Assembly: GCA_050950505.1 (NCBI GenBank)
Contig: JBMNHS010000001.1
Coordinates: forward strand, 320,001 to 384,000
Length of the DNA: 64,000 bases
Source of the DNA: Candidatus Methanomethylophilaceae archaeon
GTDB lineage: Archaea; Thermoplasmatota; Thermoplasmata; Methanomassiliicoccales; Methanomethylophilaceae
Direction of reading: 5' to 3'
Shown here in pieces: positions 50,119 to 59,068 of this stretch. The position numbers and the translations under genes are program-made. Under the pieces are notes generated by a model that saw only the letters and a list, made by a program, of their open reading frames with translations, searched no databases and was not told where the DNA came from. The stretch's first letter is position 1, and each line of letters begins with the position of its first letter.

Positions 50119-51005
50119 TTGACGCCCTTCAGGAAATCCGCCGCCGCCAATCCCGCAGTGCAGCCCTGACCGACCGCTCTCGCGACCTGCCAGGGTTTGC
50201 CGGTGACATCTCCGCAAGCGAAGAGGCCGGGTATCTTGGTGGCGCATTTCTCATCGACCTTCACGGTATCGTCGATTTCGGGCATGAGATCCATGTCCAT
50301 GACCAAATCCGCGGCGGACTTGGCGCCCAATTCTATGAACACCCCGTTGAGCGAGAGTTCGGTACCGTCTTTCAGGACAAGGGAAGTCACTCTGGTTTCG
50401 TCTCCGCGGATTTCCGCGGCAGGGGAACTTTTCATGACGACTCCTGCCAGCTTGGCCCGTTCCACAAGGGTCTTCACGGCTTTGGGTTTCTCGGTTATCC
50501 AGTACACATTGGATGCGTATTTGGACATGAGTTCCGCGGACAGGGCGGCTTCGGTTTCGTTGCCGATCACCGCCACGGTCATGCCTTTATAGAAACTGCA
50601 GTCGCAGACGGAACAGTAGCTTACGCCTTTGCCGATGAATTCCTTCTCGCCGGGAATTCCGAGTTTCACTCTGGAGATTCCTGTGGCGACAATGACCGCT
50701 TTTGCGGTGAATTCTTTCCCGCTTTCCGTGGTTATGAAGAATTTCTTGTCTTTCCTTTCGGCGGAAATGACGTTTTCTTCAACAAAGCCCGCCTCCGATT
50801 CCTTGACCTGCCCGATTCCCGCTTTCAGTATTTCGGAACCTTTGACAGGTCCGGAGATGCCGAAGTAGTTCACTATGTCGGCGTCGAACATCGCGGAATT
50901 TTCGGGTTTGCCTATCAGCACGGTCGAAACCTTCTTTCTGGCCGCATGGATTGCGGCCTGAATTCCGGCGGGTCCCGCACCGATGACCAGTACGTCCGTT
51001 TCCAT
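50115..51005 (-). CDS. trxB: Thioredoxin reductase-like flavoprotein
   Basis: IGAGPAG, VIVATG, GKGVSYCSVCD, GLFACGDVTG motifs; follows trxA. Confidence 0.9.
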   Translation of the reverse strand: METDVLVIGAGPAGIQAAIHAARKKVSTVLIGKPENSAMFDADIVNYFGISGPVKGSEILKAGIGQVKESEAGFVEENVISAERKDKKFFITTESGKEFTAKAVIVATGISRVKLGIPGEKEFIGKGVSYCSVCDCSFYKGMTVAVIGNETEAALSAELMSKYASNVYWITEKPKAVKTLVERAKLAGVVMKSSPAAEIRGDETRVTSLVLKDGTELSLNGVFIELGAKSAADLVMDMDLMPEIDDTVKVDEKCATKIPGLFACGDVTGKPWQVARAVGQGCTAGLAAADFLKGVK

Positions 51006-51006
51006 T

Positions 51007-51315
51007 TCAGGCACCGTTCACGGCCTCGACGATGTCGTTTTTGGGCCTGAGACCCACAAGGGTCTTGATGAGGTTGCCGTCCTTGAAAACCAGCATTGTG
51101 GGAATGGCGTTTATGTTGAATCTTACCGCTATGGCCTGATTGTCGCTGGTGTTGAGTTTCGCCACAGCGAAGTCGTGGCCCTCCGAAGCTATTTCTTCGA
51201 TTATCGGGCCCAGCATCCGGCAGGGTCCGCACCAAGGGGCCCAGCAGTCGATCAATACCTTCTTGTTGTTTTCGACAAATTCGTCGAAATTCGATTCATT
51301 GAGTTCGGTTACCAT
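51007..51315 (-). CDS. trxA: Thioredoxin
   Basis: WAPWCGPC active site, AIPTML. Confidence 0.97.
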   Translation of the reverse strand: MVTELNESNFDEFVENNKKVLIDCWAPWCGPCRMLGPIIEEIASEGHDFAVAKLNTSDNQAIAVRFNINAIPTMLVFKDGNLIKTLVGLRPKNDIVEAVNGA

Positions 51316-51375
51316 ATTATGCCTCTCAATGTTATAGGCGGATTAAATAAATAACTTACACTATAACGAGGTCTG

Positions 51376-51648
51376 ATGTTGGAAACGATTTCGAACATAA
51401 AGGGACTCGAAATATACACTCCCGAAGGAATTTTCGTGGGAGTGGTGGACGAAGTCATCATCGATCTGTCCACAATGAAAGCTTCCGGGCTTTACGTGGA
51501 GAAGGCCAGCCCGGTGTTGGTTGACGACAATGTGTCGATATCCATTCCCTTTTCGTGGATAAGGGGAATCGGAGACGTGGTTGTTCTCAGAAACTTTCCC
51601 GATCGCGTCTCTGCCGGGGCGGCTCCCCAAGAGGACTGTCCCCTATGA
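51376..51648 (+). CDS. PRC-barrel domain protein
   Basis: GLEIYTPEGIFVGVVDEVIID...IPFSWIRGIGDVVVL. Confidence 0.88.
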   Translation: MLETISNIKGLEIYTPEGIFVGVVDEVIIDLSTMKASGLYVEKASPVLVDDNVSISIPFSWIRGIGDVVVLRNFPDRVSAGAAPQEDCPL

Positions 51649-52177
51649 TTTCAACGATGAGATCCAAATCGAATCCCACGGTTTCCGATAATTCCTTGTG
51701 AAGTTCGATTATGCGTTCCGCCCCGCCGAAGGCATCTTTCGCCATGAGTTTCTCAACGGGGACTCTGTGGGAAACCACCAGGGAATCGCTTACGAGATTG
51801 TCGGCATGAGCCACTATTTTCTGTTCGATGGTTCTGGGATAATAATCTCCGGGGGGCAGATCGAAAGCTTGTATGTCATCATCGTCCAATCCCGCACCGG
51901 TATGCCTTTTGATGATTTCCGTCACGTCTTCCGGAAGACCCAGTTCTTCGGCCATCCGCGCGCCGATCGCCGCATGTCTGATGGTGTGGTCCTTCACCCG
52001 TCCCAGATCGTGAAGCAACGCCCCGGCCACAACCAGTTCCTTGTTCACGCCGGGTATTCTCGCGGCGATTATGTCCGCCACGGCTTTCACCGTTCGGCTG
52101 TGATGGATGATTCTGGGGGAACATCCCGCTTCTTTGAGTATGGCTATGCATTCTTTTTCGTCAGGAATTGTCGACAA
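51587..52177 (-). CDS. HD/HDIG-domain phosphohydrolase
   Basis: IIHHS, ALLHDLGR, HAAIGA, IKRHTGAG, KIVAHADNL motifs; probable TTG start. Confidence 0.9.
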   Translation of the reverse strand: MSTIPDEKECIAILKEAGCSPRIIHHSRTVKAVADIIAARIPGVNKELVVAGALLHDLGRVKDHTIRHAAIGARMAEELGLPEDVTEIIKRHTGAGLDDDDIQAFDLPPGDYYPRTIEQKIVAHADNLVSDSLVVSHRVPVEKLMAKDAFGGAERIIELHKELSETVGFDLDLIVEIIGDSPLGEPPRQRRDRESF

Positions 52178-52676
52178 CCGTCTTCCCCCTTTCATTCGGC
52201 ACCACCGTCATTTTTCCCCCTCTGTCCGAATACAGAGAACCTCCTCCCGTGTACGCATACAGGAATATCGCCAGAGCGGATATCTCGGAGTGGGGCTGAT
52301 TCCCCACGGAAACGTTGAAATCCGCCCGTTGGTACACCTCCGCGGGAACTTTTTCTGCGCCCACCACGATCATCATGTCCCGGTCCTTGGGTATTTTGGG
52401 AAGCGCTTCGTCCATTCTCTGTCCGTACATGGTGAGATGAACCACGGTGCCGTCAAAATCTTTCAAAGCGTCTTTCCACTTCACGCCGGTTTTGATTTCA
52501 AACCCGCCGCCGAAACGTTCGGTCACTCCGTGAATTCCTTCCTCGAGCCCGGGATCCCGGGTGTCCACGTAAACAGCGGACGCTCCCAAAGCCCTTGAGG
52601 ACAATGCCACATGGGTGGTCACCCGTTTGTCCCTGTCAGGTCTGTGACCTATTCTCATTATCCGTATTTCGGACAT
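52161..52676 (-). CDS. trm56: tRNA (cytidine-56-2'-O)-methyltransferase
   Basis: GHRPDRDKRVTTHVAL, VHLTMYG, VGAEKVP, VGNQPHSE motifs. Confidence 0.96.
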   Translation of the reverse strand: MSEIRIMRIGHRPDRDKRVTTHVALSSRALGASAVYVDTRDPGLEEGIHGVTERFGGGFEIKTGVKWKDALKDFDGTVVHLTMYGQRMDEALPKIPKDRDMMIVVGAEKVPAEVYQRADFNVSVGNQPHSEISALAIFLYAYTGGGSLYSDRGGKMTVVPNERGKTVVDNS

Positions 52677-52679
52677 GGG

Positions 52680-53180
52680 TTACTCTTCTGGCAGGGGCTC
52701 TATTCTGTGACCGCGGTAATCCATCTTTACGGATCTTCTTACAAGACTCTTCAGCATGGTTGACGTGAGATTGAGCGTTTCCGCAACGTCTCCGGAAAAT
52801 CTGCCGGTTTTGCCGAGTTCTTTTAAAATTCTGTTTTCGGTTTCCGTAAATTCGTCATCGCTCATCATGGCGGCAGCCAAGACGTCGCTGATTTCGTATA
52901 CCGGCCACTGAGCGTTTATGCTGAAAGAAGTGTAATAGGAATGGTATGATTTTTCGGGATAATTCCCGTCCACGGATAGCCATCTGGTCTCTACCAGTTT
53001 CATTTTTTCGAAGAAAATTAATGCATCCCTGCCCTCGGCACCGAATTTCTCTTCAATCTGTCCGAGCGTTCTCCACTCCAAGGTCACTTCCTTTAACACC
53101 TCCCGTTTTACGGGGGTGTCGACGGATCTGAGCACGGGCACAAGCTCAGAGGGTTCGTTTATGACCTTGATTTTATTCAT
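52680..53180 (-). CDS. Conserved archaeal ArsR-like regulator
   Basis: INEPSELVPVL, KMKLVETRW, PEKSYHSYY motifs. Confidence 0.8.
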   Translation of the reverse strand: MNKIKVINEPSELVPVLRSVDTPVKREVLKEVTLEWRTLGQIEEKFGAEGRDALIFFEKMKLVETRWLSVDGNYPEKSYHSYYTSFSINAQWPVYEISDVLAAAMMSDDEFTETENRILKELGKTGRFSGDVAETLNLTSTMLKSLVRRSVKMDYRGHRIEPLPEE

Positions 53181-53408
53181 GAAACTATAACGATACGTTA
53201 GAAATATAATACTATTCTCATTTAAACATGGATTTAGTAAGAAAACCCGTATGTTTTAGTTGTATTTTAATAAAGCGGGAAAAGATTTGCCCCGTTTATA
53301 TGTGCGGCATCGTCATATTTTTATGAGCTTTAGTTGTAAAAATACCTGCGGAATTTGACAAAAGACTTTACTAAACCTTTATTAAGCGGACATCGCTTCT
53401 CCGTATCA

Positions 53409-53579
53409 ATGGCAAAGAAAAGAGAGCCCGAACTGCAGTTCCAGTGCCTCAAATGCTACAAAACCTACCACGGAGAGAACGGGGAACAGAAAGCCCTGGA
53501 CTGTTGCGGTTCGTATGTACAGGCGTTCTGGAAATATTACTCCAGATGGGGCGAAAAACTCAAGTGGTACGGTCGCTGA
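53409..53579 (+). CDS. Small Cys-rich (putative Zn-binding) protein, 56 aa
   Basis: ATG about 25 nt after TTTTATTAAG; CxxC...CC; aromatic, basic C-terminus. Confidence 0.65.
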   Translation: MAKKREPELQFQCLKCYKTYHGENGEQKALDCCGSYVQAFWKYYSRWGEKLKWYGR

Positions 53580-53639
53580 TCGTCTCCGACGTACGTACGG
53601 TTTTTACTTTAACGCATAAATGCATATATTCAATCGCAG

Positions 53640-53963
53640 GTGGATCGAGTGAAAACTGAAACAGGCGTGACCAGCGGAGCGTACAAGGAAATCGAGTTGA
53701 TAGAACGGCATATCCGAATGCTGTATGCCACGAAAATGAATCAGCCCGTGGGGATCATCCGTCTTTCGGAAATTCTGAATCTCCCCCGCCACAAGGTACG
53801 TTATTCACTGAGAATGCTGGAGAAAGACGGAGTCATCATCGCCACCCCGGAAGGGGCCGTCGTATCGGATCGTTATGAGGCATTCATGGAAGAAACCCAT
53901 GAGTATCTTACCCATCTGATTGAACGCATAAAGGCTGTCAAAGACCTCGTACCAGATACATAA
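53640..53963 (+). CDS. Winged-HTH transcriptional regulator
   Basis: ERHIRML...QPVGIIRLSE...HKVRYSLRMLE...TPEGA. Confidence 0.85.
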   Translation: MDRVKTETGVTSGAYKEIELIERHIRMLYATKMNQPVGIIRLSEILNLPRHKVRYSLRMLEKDGVIIATPEGAVVSDRYEAFMEETHEYLTHLIERIKAVKDLVPDT

Positions 53964-53999
53964 CTGTTTAATATAAGTCCAACTTTGCACAATTCACAG

Positions 54000-54075
54000 G
54001 CCGTCGTAGCTCAGTCGGTAGAGCGCGTGACTGTTAATCACGAGGTCCACGGTTCGAGCCCGTGCGACGGCGCCA
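54000..54075 (+). tRNA. tRNA-Asn(GTT), CCA encoded
   Basis: GCCGTCG...CGTGA-CTGTTAA-TCACG...CGACGGCGCCA. Confidence 0.97.
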
Positions 54076-54124
54076 TTCTTTCACGATATCTTTTTAACTG
54101 ACTCCCATATATCCGTCATTACTG

Positions 54125-54198
54125 GGGCTCGTAGCTTAGGCTGGTAGAGCGCCCGGCTCATAACCGGGTGGTCGTCGGTTCAAATCCGGCCGGGCCCA
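54125..54198 (+). tRNA. tRNA with CAT anticodon, probably tRNA-Ile2 (agmatidine-modified) rather than Met
   Basis: GGGCTCG/CGGGCCC-A acceptor typical of archaeal Ile tRNAs; CCCGG-CTCATAA-CCGGG anticodon arm. Confidence 0.88.
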
Positions 54199-54376
54199 CT
54201 TCTTAATCCATTTCACGCTTCCGACGCATTTTTGCCGTTGATGTGCCAATGGGTTTTTTTGACGGACTTTTCACCCATGAATGCAACAATAAATCGGAAA
54301 GGCTTAATTATAGGCAGACTTGTTCTGCCTCTTATAGATAAATGGTCGGTAAAGACCTGCTCCGGGGAAGACCTAT

Positions 54377-56314
54377 ATGATTGATATCAAATTTAAAGAA
54401 AGAAACAAAGTGCCCAGAATGCCGCGTATCGCAAAAGCCTTGACGCAGTGCGTGCAGTGCGGATATTGCATCGATGTCTGTGAAGCCCACGAAAGGACTC
54501 CGTGGGAATCCGTGACCGCCAGAGGCAAAATTTATTACCTTAACCAATTGGACAAGGTCGGATTCGGCCTTGTGGACAAAGCGCTCGGAAGGAAAATTTC
54601 CGTAAGCCCCGACTTCGTCGACGCGATGTACAAGTGCACGGGCTGCGGAAACTGCGAAGCCGTTTGCCACTCCAACATCCACCTCGTGGATCTCTGGGAA
54701 GACGTCAGGGCCTGGCTTGTCCAGTACGGATACGGACCCATGTCCGCCCACAAGGCCATGTACGAAAAAATCGAAACGGTCTACAATCCTTACGGCGAAG
54801 ATCCCCAGAAGAGGGACGCCTGGTGGCCCGAAGGGGTCGAAAAGACCGCGGTCCCCGATGTTCTTTTCTTTGCCGGATGCACCGGATCTTACAGAATGCA
54901 GGAACTCGCATCCGCGGGAGTCACGGTTCTTTCCAGAGCCGGAGTCACCGTGGGAACCATGGGCCCCGACGAGTGGTGCTGCACCTCTCCCATAATCAGG
55001 ACCGGAGCAAGAGGCCTGAGCCCCGAATTCTCCAGACACACCGTGGAAACCGCTGACGGCACCGGAGCCAAAGACATGGTCATGACCTGTTCCGGATGTT
55101 ACAAGACGATTCTGAACGACGCCGGCAAATATTACGCAAAGACCGGTCAGAACGTTTACCACTTCGCGCAGTACGTCGAGAAATTGATTTCCGACAGAAA
55201 ACTGCCCATGAACAACGAGTTCAACGTCAAAGCGACCTACCACGATCCCTGTCACCTCGGAAGGCACGCAGGGGTTTATGACGCCCCACGTAACGTCATC
55301 AAGAAAATCAAAGGTATCGATTTCGTCGAAATGTACCGCACCAGGGAATTGTCCAGATGCTGCGGCGCCGGCGGAGGATACAAAAGTCAGTACGGAGACA
55401 ACGCCGTCGCGATTGCCGGAGACAGAATCAGGGACGCCGAGGAAGTCGGTGCCGAACTTATCATCACGACCTGCCCCTTCTGTGTTCTGAACCTGAGGCA
55501 GGGCGCGAAGAAAATCGGATCTAAGATAAAGGTCATGGATTTGTCTGAAATTCTGCTTGCGGTCACCGGACCCAAGATTGAAAAGAAGCCCACGGCCGAG
55601 GAAGAAGCCGAAGACGTAAGAAAGATTCAGGCCGAAAAAGAGAAACTCCAGGCCGAACTGGAAGCCAAACTTGACGCGGTCAAACAGGCCGAACAGATCA
55701 AAGAAGAAAAGGTTGCCAAAATCAAAGCCGAAAGCGATATGGCAAAACTGAGAGCGGACAGACTCAAGGCTGAGGAAGAGGCCGCAAAACTGAGAGCGGA
55801 CAGACTCAAGGCTGAGGAAGAGGCCGTGAGAATCGATGCAGACATCCTCCCCCAAATCAGAGCGGAAGAGGAAGAGGCCGCAAGAATGGCTCTCGGAAAA
55901 GAAAAGGCTGAACCTGTCAAGGAAGAACCCAAGAAGGAAACTTCCGAAGACAAATCGGAACCGGACGATTGGACCGCAAATGAAACCGATGAGGTTTACA
56001 TAGACGACTACACCGATTACAGCCCCGAAGCCATGGTCAGAAGGGCCGCTTGGAACAAGGGTCTCAGATGCAGAAGGGACTACGGTCCGGACAAGATTCC
56101 GGTGGCTTTCGTCGGGGGAAAGGTCGCGGTGTTCGTGGAACCCGCAGATGCGGACAGGACTCTGGACAACAAGCTCATATCCAAAGGTTGGACCGTCCTC
56201 AGATACGATGAGAACGATGTCACCGACGGTTTGAAAGAAGGCGATGAAATCGATGAGGCCGTCAAGGAGAATCTCAAAACCAAGAAACGCGCCCGCAAGA
56301 GCCGCAAGAAGTAA
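54377..56314 (+). CDS. hdrD: HdrD-like heterodisulfide reductase (Fe-S/CCG) protein with C-terminal coiled coil and Vsr-like domain
   Basis: CVQCGYCIDVC and CTGCGNCEAVC [4Fe-4S] motifs; FFAGC, EWCC, TCSGC, YHDPCHLGR, CCGAGGG, TCPFC CCG-domain motifs. Confidence 0.85.
   Translation: MIDIKFKERNKVPRMPRIAKALTQCVQCGYCIDVCEAHERTPWESVTARGKIYYLNQLDKVGFGLVDKALGRKISVSPDFVDAMYKCTGCGNCEAVCHSNIHLVDLWEDVRAWLVQYGYGPMSAHKAMYEKIETVYNPYGEDPQKRDAWWPEGVEKTAVPDVLFFAGCTGSYRMQELASAGVTVLSRAGVTVGTMGPDEWCCTSPIIRTGARGLSPEFSRHTVETADGTGAKDMVMTCSGCYKTILNDAGKYYAKTGQNVYHFAQYVEKLISDRKLPMNNEFNVKATYHDPCHLGRHAGVYDAPRNVIKKIKGIDFVEMYRTRELSRCCGAGGGYKSQYGDNAVAIAGDRIRDAEEVGAELIITTCPFCVLNLRQGAKKIGSKIKVMDLSEILLAVTGPKIEKKPTAEEEAEDVRKIQAEKEKLQAELEAKLDAVKQAEQIKEEKVAKIKAESDMAKLRADRLKAEEEAAKLRADRLKAEEEAVRIDADILPQIRAEEEEAARMALGKEKAEPVKEEPKKETSEDKSEPDDWTANETDEVYIDDYTDYSPEAMVRRAAWNKGLRCRRDYGPDKIPVAFVGGKVAVFVEPADADRTLDNKLISKGWTVLRYDENDVTDGLKEGDEIDEAVKENLKTKKRARKSRKK
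55742..55825 (+). repeat. Exact 2 x 42-bp in-frame tandem duplication (AKLRADRLKAEEEA)
   Basis: GCAAAACTGAGAGCGGACAGACTCAAGGCTGAGGAAGAGGCC occurs twice in tandem. Confidence 0.95.
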
Positions 56315-56331
56315 TCCGGATCCGGAAAAAG

Positions 56332-59067
56332 ATGTCCTTTGAAACGCTGAGCCCCTGGCTTACGGACATACTTCACAAAAGGGGCATCCATGAACCTACC
56401 GAACCTCAAGCAGACGCCATCCCGAAAATATCCGCCGGTCAGAACGTTCTGCTGATAGCCCCCACCGGCATAGGAAAAACCGAAGCCGCAATCCTGCCGA
56501 TATTGGACGAAATCCACAAAAGCGGCGGGGAAGGGTTTCAGTGCCTGTACATCACGCCCCTGAGGGCGCTGAACCGGGACATGCTGAAAAGAATCCAGGA
56601 ATACGGGGAAGAATCCGGAATTTCCGTCGGCGTGAGACACGGGGACACGTCTCAGAGCGAACGTACCGCCCAATCCAAGAAACCGCCGAAGATACTGATC
56701 ACCACCCCGGAGACGGTACAGGTTCTTTTCACCGGAAAGGTTCTGAGGGAACATCTCAAAAACATCCGCTGGGTCGTCGTGGACGAGATTCACGAACTTG
56801 CGGACAACGAACGCGGGGCACAACTGAGCGTCGCGTTGGAACGTCTGGCGGCTCACGGCGGAGAGTTTCAGAGAATCGGACTGTCCGCCACCGTCGGAAA
56901 CGCCGAGCATGTCAAAAATTTCCTGGCCGGGGTCGGACGAAAAGTTACCGTCTGCAGACACGACACCCATCGGGATTACGACATAACCGTGGAAAGTCCG
57001 TTGCCGGAAAACAACCCCGTGCTGTTGGACAGACTGCAGACGGATCCGGACATGATGGGGGTCATGGTGCACGGACGCCGTCTCATCGAAGAAGGAAAAT
57101 CCACGTTATTTTTCGTGAACACCCGAGAGACGGCGGAATGGCTGGCGGCGAGATACCGCCTTTGGGACGAGGATTTTTCCATTGACGTCCATCACGGATC
57201 CCTTTCCAAAGAAACAAGAATGGAAATGGAGGACCGTTTCAAAAACGGAAATCTCAAATCCCTTCTGTGCACCTCCTCGTTGGAATTGGGAATCGACGTG
57301 GGAAGCACGGATTTGGTGATACAGTTCAACTCCCCCCGTCAGGTTTCGAGAATGATTCAACGGGCGGGACGGGCGGGGCACCGCATCGGCGAACTCATCA
57401 AAGCAAGGATACTCGCGGTGGCCCCCGACGAAGTGGCGGAAGCCATGGTCATCGCCAGAAAATGCGAAGACCGGGAAACGGAAAGTCTTGAAGGACGGGC
57501 CTGTCCTCTCACCGTGGTCGCCAATCAGCTGATTGCGATGACCATGTCCGGCCGCGTCACCAGAGACGACGCTTTCGGGATTTTCAGAAAATCCCACTTT
57601 TTCAAAGACCTTGAAAGATCGGAAATGGACGAAGTGATCGAACAGCTGAAATCCATCAAGATTCTTTTCGAGGACGAAGAAGGGTTCAGACGCTCAAGGA
57701 GAGGAATGAATTATTTCTACGGAAACATTTCGATGATTCCCGACGAACGGTTCTATTGGATCCGCGATATCGGCACCCGTTCGGTAATAGGCACATTGGA
57801 CGAAAGTTTCGTGGCCACTTTTGCCGAAGAATATGCCATGTTCATCGCCAAAGGACGGACCTGGCGAATAATCGAGATGCGGGAAGAGGAAATTCTCGTT
57901 GAAGAAGCCCGGGAAATCGGTTCGGTTCCGTCGTGGACCGGTTCGGACATCCCGGTTCCCTATGAAGTCGCCATGGAAGTCGGCCGGATGCGCCGCATGA
58001 GAAACTACAACGACTATCCTTGTGATGCGCAAAGCAGGAAGGTCGTCGATGATTTCCTGAATTCCCAGGGGGATCAGGTTTTGCCCACTGACAAAATCAT
58101 AACCTTGGAAACGGGAGACCGTCTAGCAATCGTAAACTGCTGTTTCGGAACCAAGGTAAACGAGACCCTCAGCAAAATCATATCCGCGCTCCTCACCGCA
58201 AGATTCGGGGAAAGCGTGGGAGTCTCCACGGACCCGTACAGAATAATAATGGAACTTCCCAGAAACATCGGCAGGGAGGATCTGGAAAGCACTTTTGCGC
58301 TGATACGCCCGGGGACCGTCGAAGATCTCTGCAGAAAAACGATTCTGAATTCCACGTTTCTGAAATGGCGTTTTGTCTATGTCGCAAAAAAATTCGGCAT
58401 AATCGAAAAGGATGCGGACCACCGTTTCATGAATTTCAACAGACTGTTCGAAATGCACAAGGACACCCCCGCGTACAGAGAGGCGGTGAACAAAGTCCTT
58501 TGGGACGATCTGGACATACCCAACACGGAAAGGGTGCTTTCCAGGATTGCCGACGGAGAAATCGAAATCGTCTCGGGAAGAGTCGCCCCCGTGGGATTGG
58601 AGGGGGTCACCCGTTCCAAAGAACTGATGCAGCCGGTCAGAGCCAGTCATGCCATTCTCATGGCCATGAAAAAGAGGATAGACGACGAAGTCGTCTACGC
58701 CACCTGTATGAGTTGTGCCACCCAGAGAAGGCTCCGGGTGGGAGACGCCCCGAAAAAACTGAAATGCCCGAACTGCGGAAGCATCATGATTGCGGTGCTG
58801 AAAAGTTACGAAAGAGAGAACGCCAAACTTCTCGGAAAGGACAAGTTGACGCCCCATGAGAAAAAGGATCTTCAAAGAATGTCCAAGAATGCCAATCTTG
58901 TCATGGGCGACGGCAAACGCGCGGTGTTCGCCCTCGCGGGAAGAGGCATCGGACCGGACAGTGCCGCAAGACTGCTGAGAGGAATATTCGTGGACGAGGA
59001 TGATTTTCTCAGAGGAATCATGGCCGCCGAAGTTCAATATGCGAAAACCAAAAGGTTCTGGGACTGA
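56332..59067 (+). CDS. lhr: Lhr-family SF2 helicase with C-terminal Cys motif
   Basis: APTGIGKT, PLRALNRD, TTPE, DEIH, LSAT, HHGSLS, SSLELGID, QRAGRAGH, MIPD; CxxC...CPNC. Confidence 0.95.
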   Translation: MSFETLSPWLTDILHKRGIHEPTEPQADAIPKISAGQNVLLIAPTGIGKTEAAILPILDEIHKSGGEGFQCLYITPLRALNRDMLKRIQEYGEESGISVGVRHGDTSQSERTAQSKKPPKILITTPETVQVLFTGKVLREHLKNIRWVVVDEIHELADNERGAQLSVALERLAAHGGEFQRIGLSATVGNAEHVKNFLAGVGRKVTVCRHDTHRDYDITVESPLPENNPVLLDRLQTDPDMMGVMVHGRRLIEEGKSTLFFVNTRETAEWLAARYRLWDEDFSIDVHHGSLSKETRMEMEDRFKNGNLKSLLCTSSLELGIDVGSTDLVIQFNSPRQVSRMIQRAGRAGHRIGELIKARILAVAPDEVAEAMVIARKCEDRETESLEGRACPLTVVANQLIAMTMSGRVTRDDAFGIFRKSHFFKDLERSEMDEVIEQLKSIKILFEDEEGFRRSRRGMNYFYGNISMIPDERFYWIRDIGTRSVIGTLDESFVATFAEEYAMFIAKGRTWRIIEMREEEILVEEAREIGSVPSWTGSDIPVPYEVAMEVGRMRRMRNYNDYPCDAQSRKVVDDFLNSQGDQVLPTDKIITLETGDRLAIVNCCFGTKVNETLSKIISALLTARFGESVGVSTDPYRIIMELPRNIGREDLESTFALIRPGTVEDLCRKTILNSTFLKWRFVYVAKKFGIIEKDADHRFMNFNRLFEMHKDTPAYREAVNKVLWDDLDIPNTERVLSRIADGEIEIVSGRVAPVGLEGVTRSKELMQPVRASHAILMAMKKRIDDEVVYATCMSCATQRRLRVGDAPKKLKCPNCGSIMIAVLKSYERENAKLLGKDKLTPHEKKDLQRMSKNANLVMGDGKRAVFALAGRGIGPDSAARLLRGIFVDEDDFLRGIMAAEVQYAKTKRFWD

Positions 59068-59068
59068 A

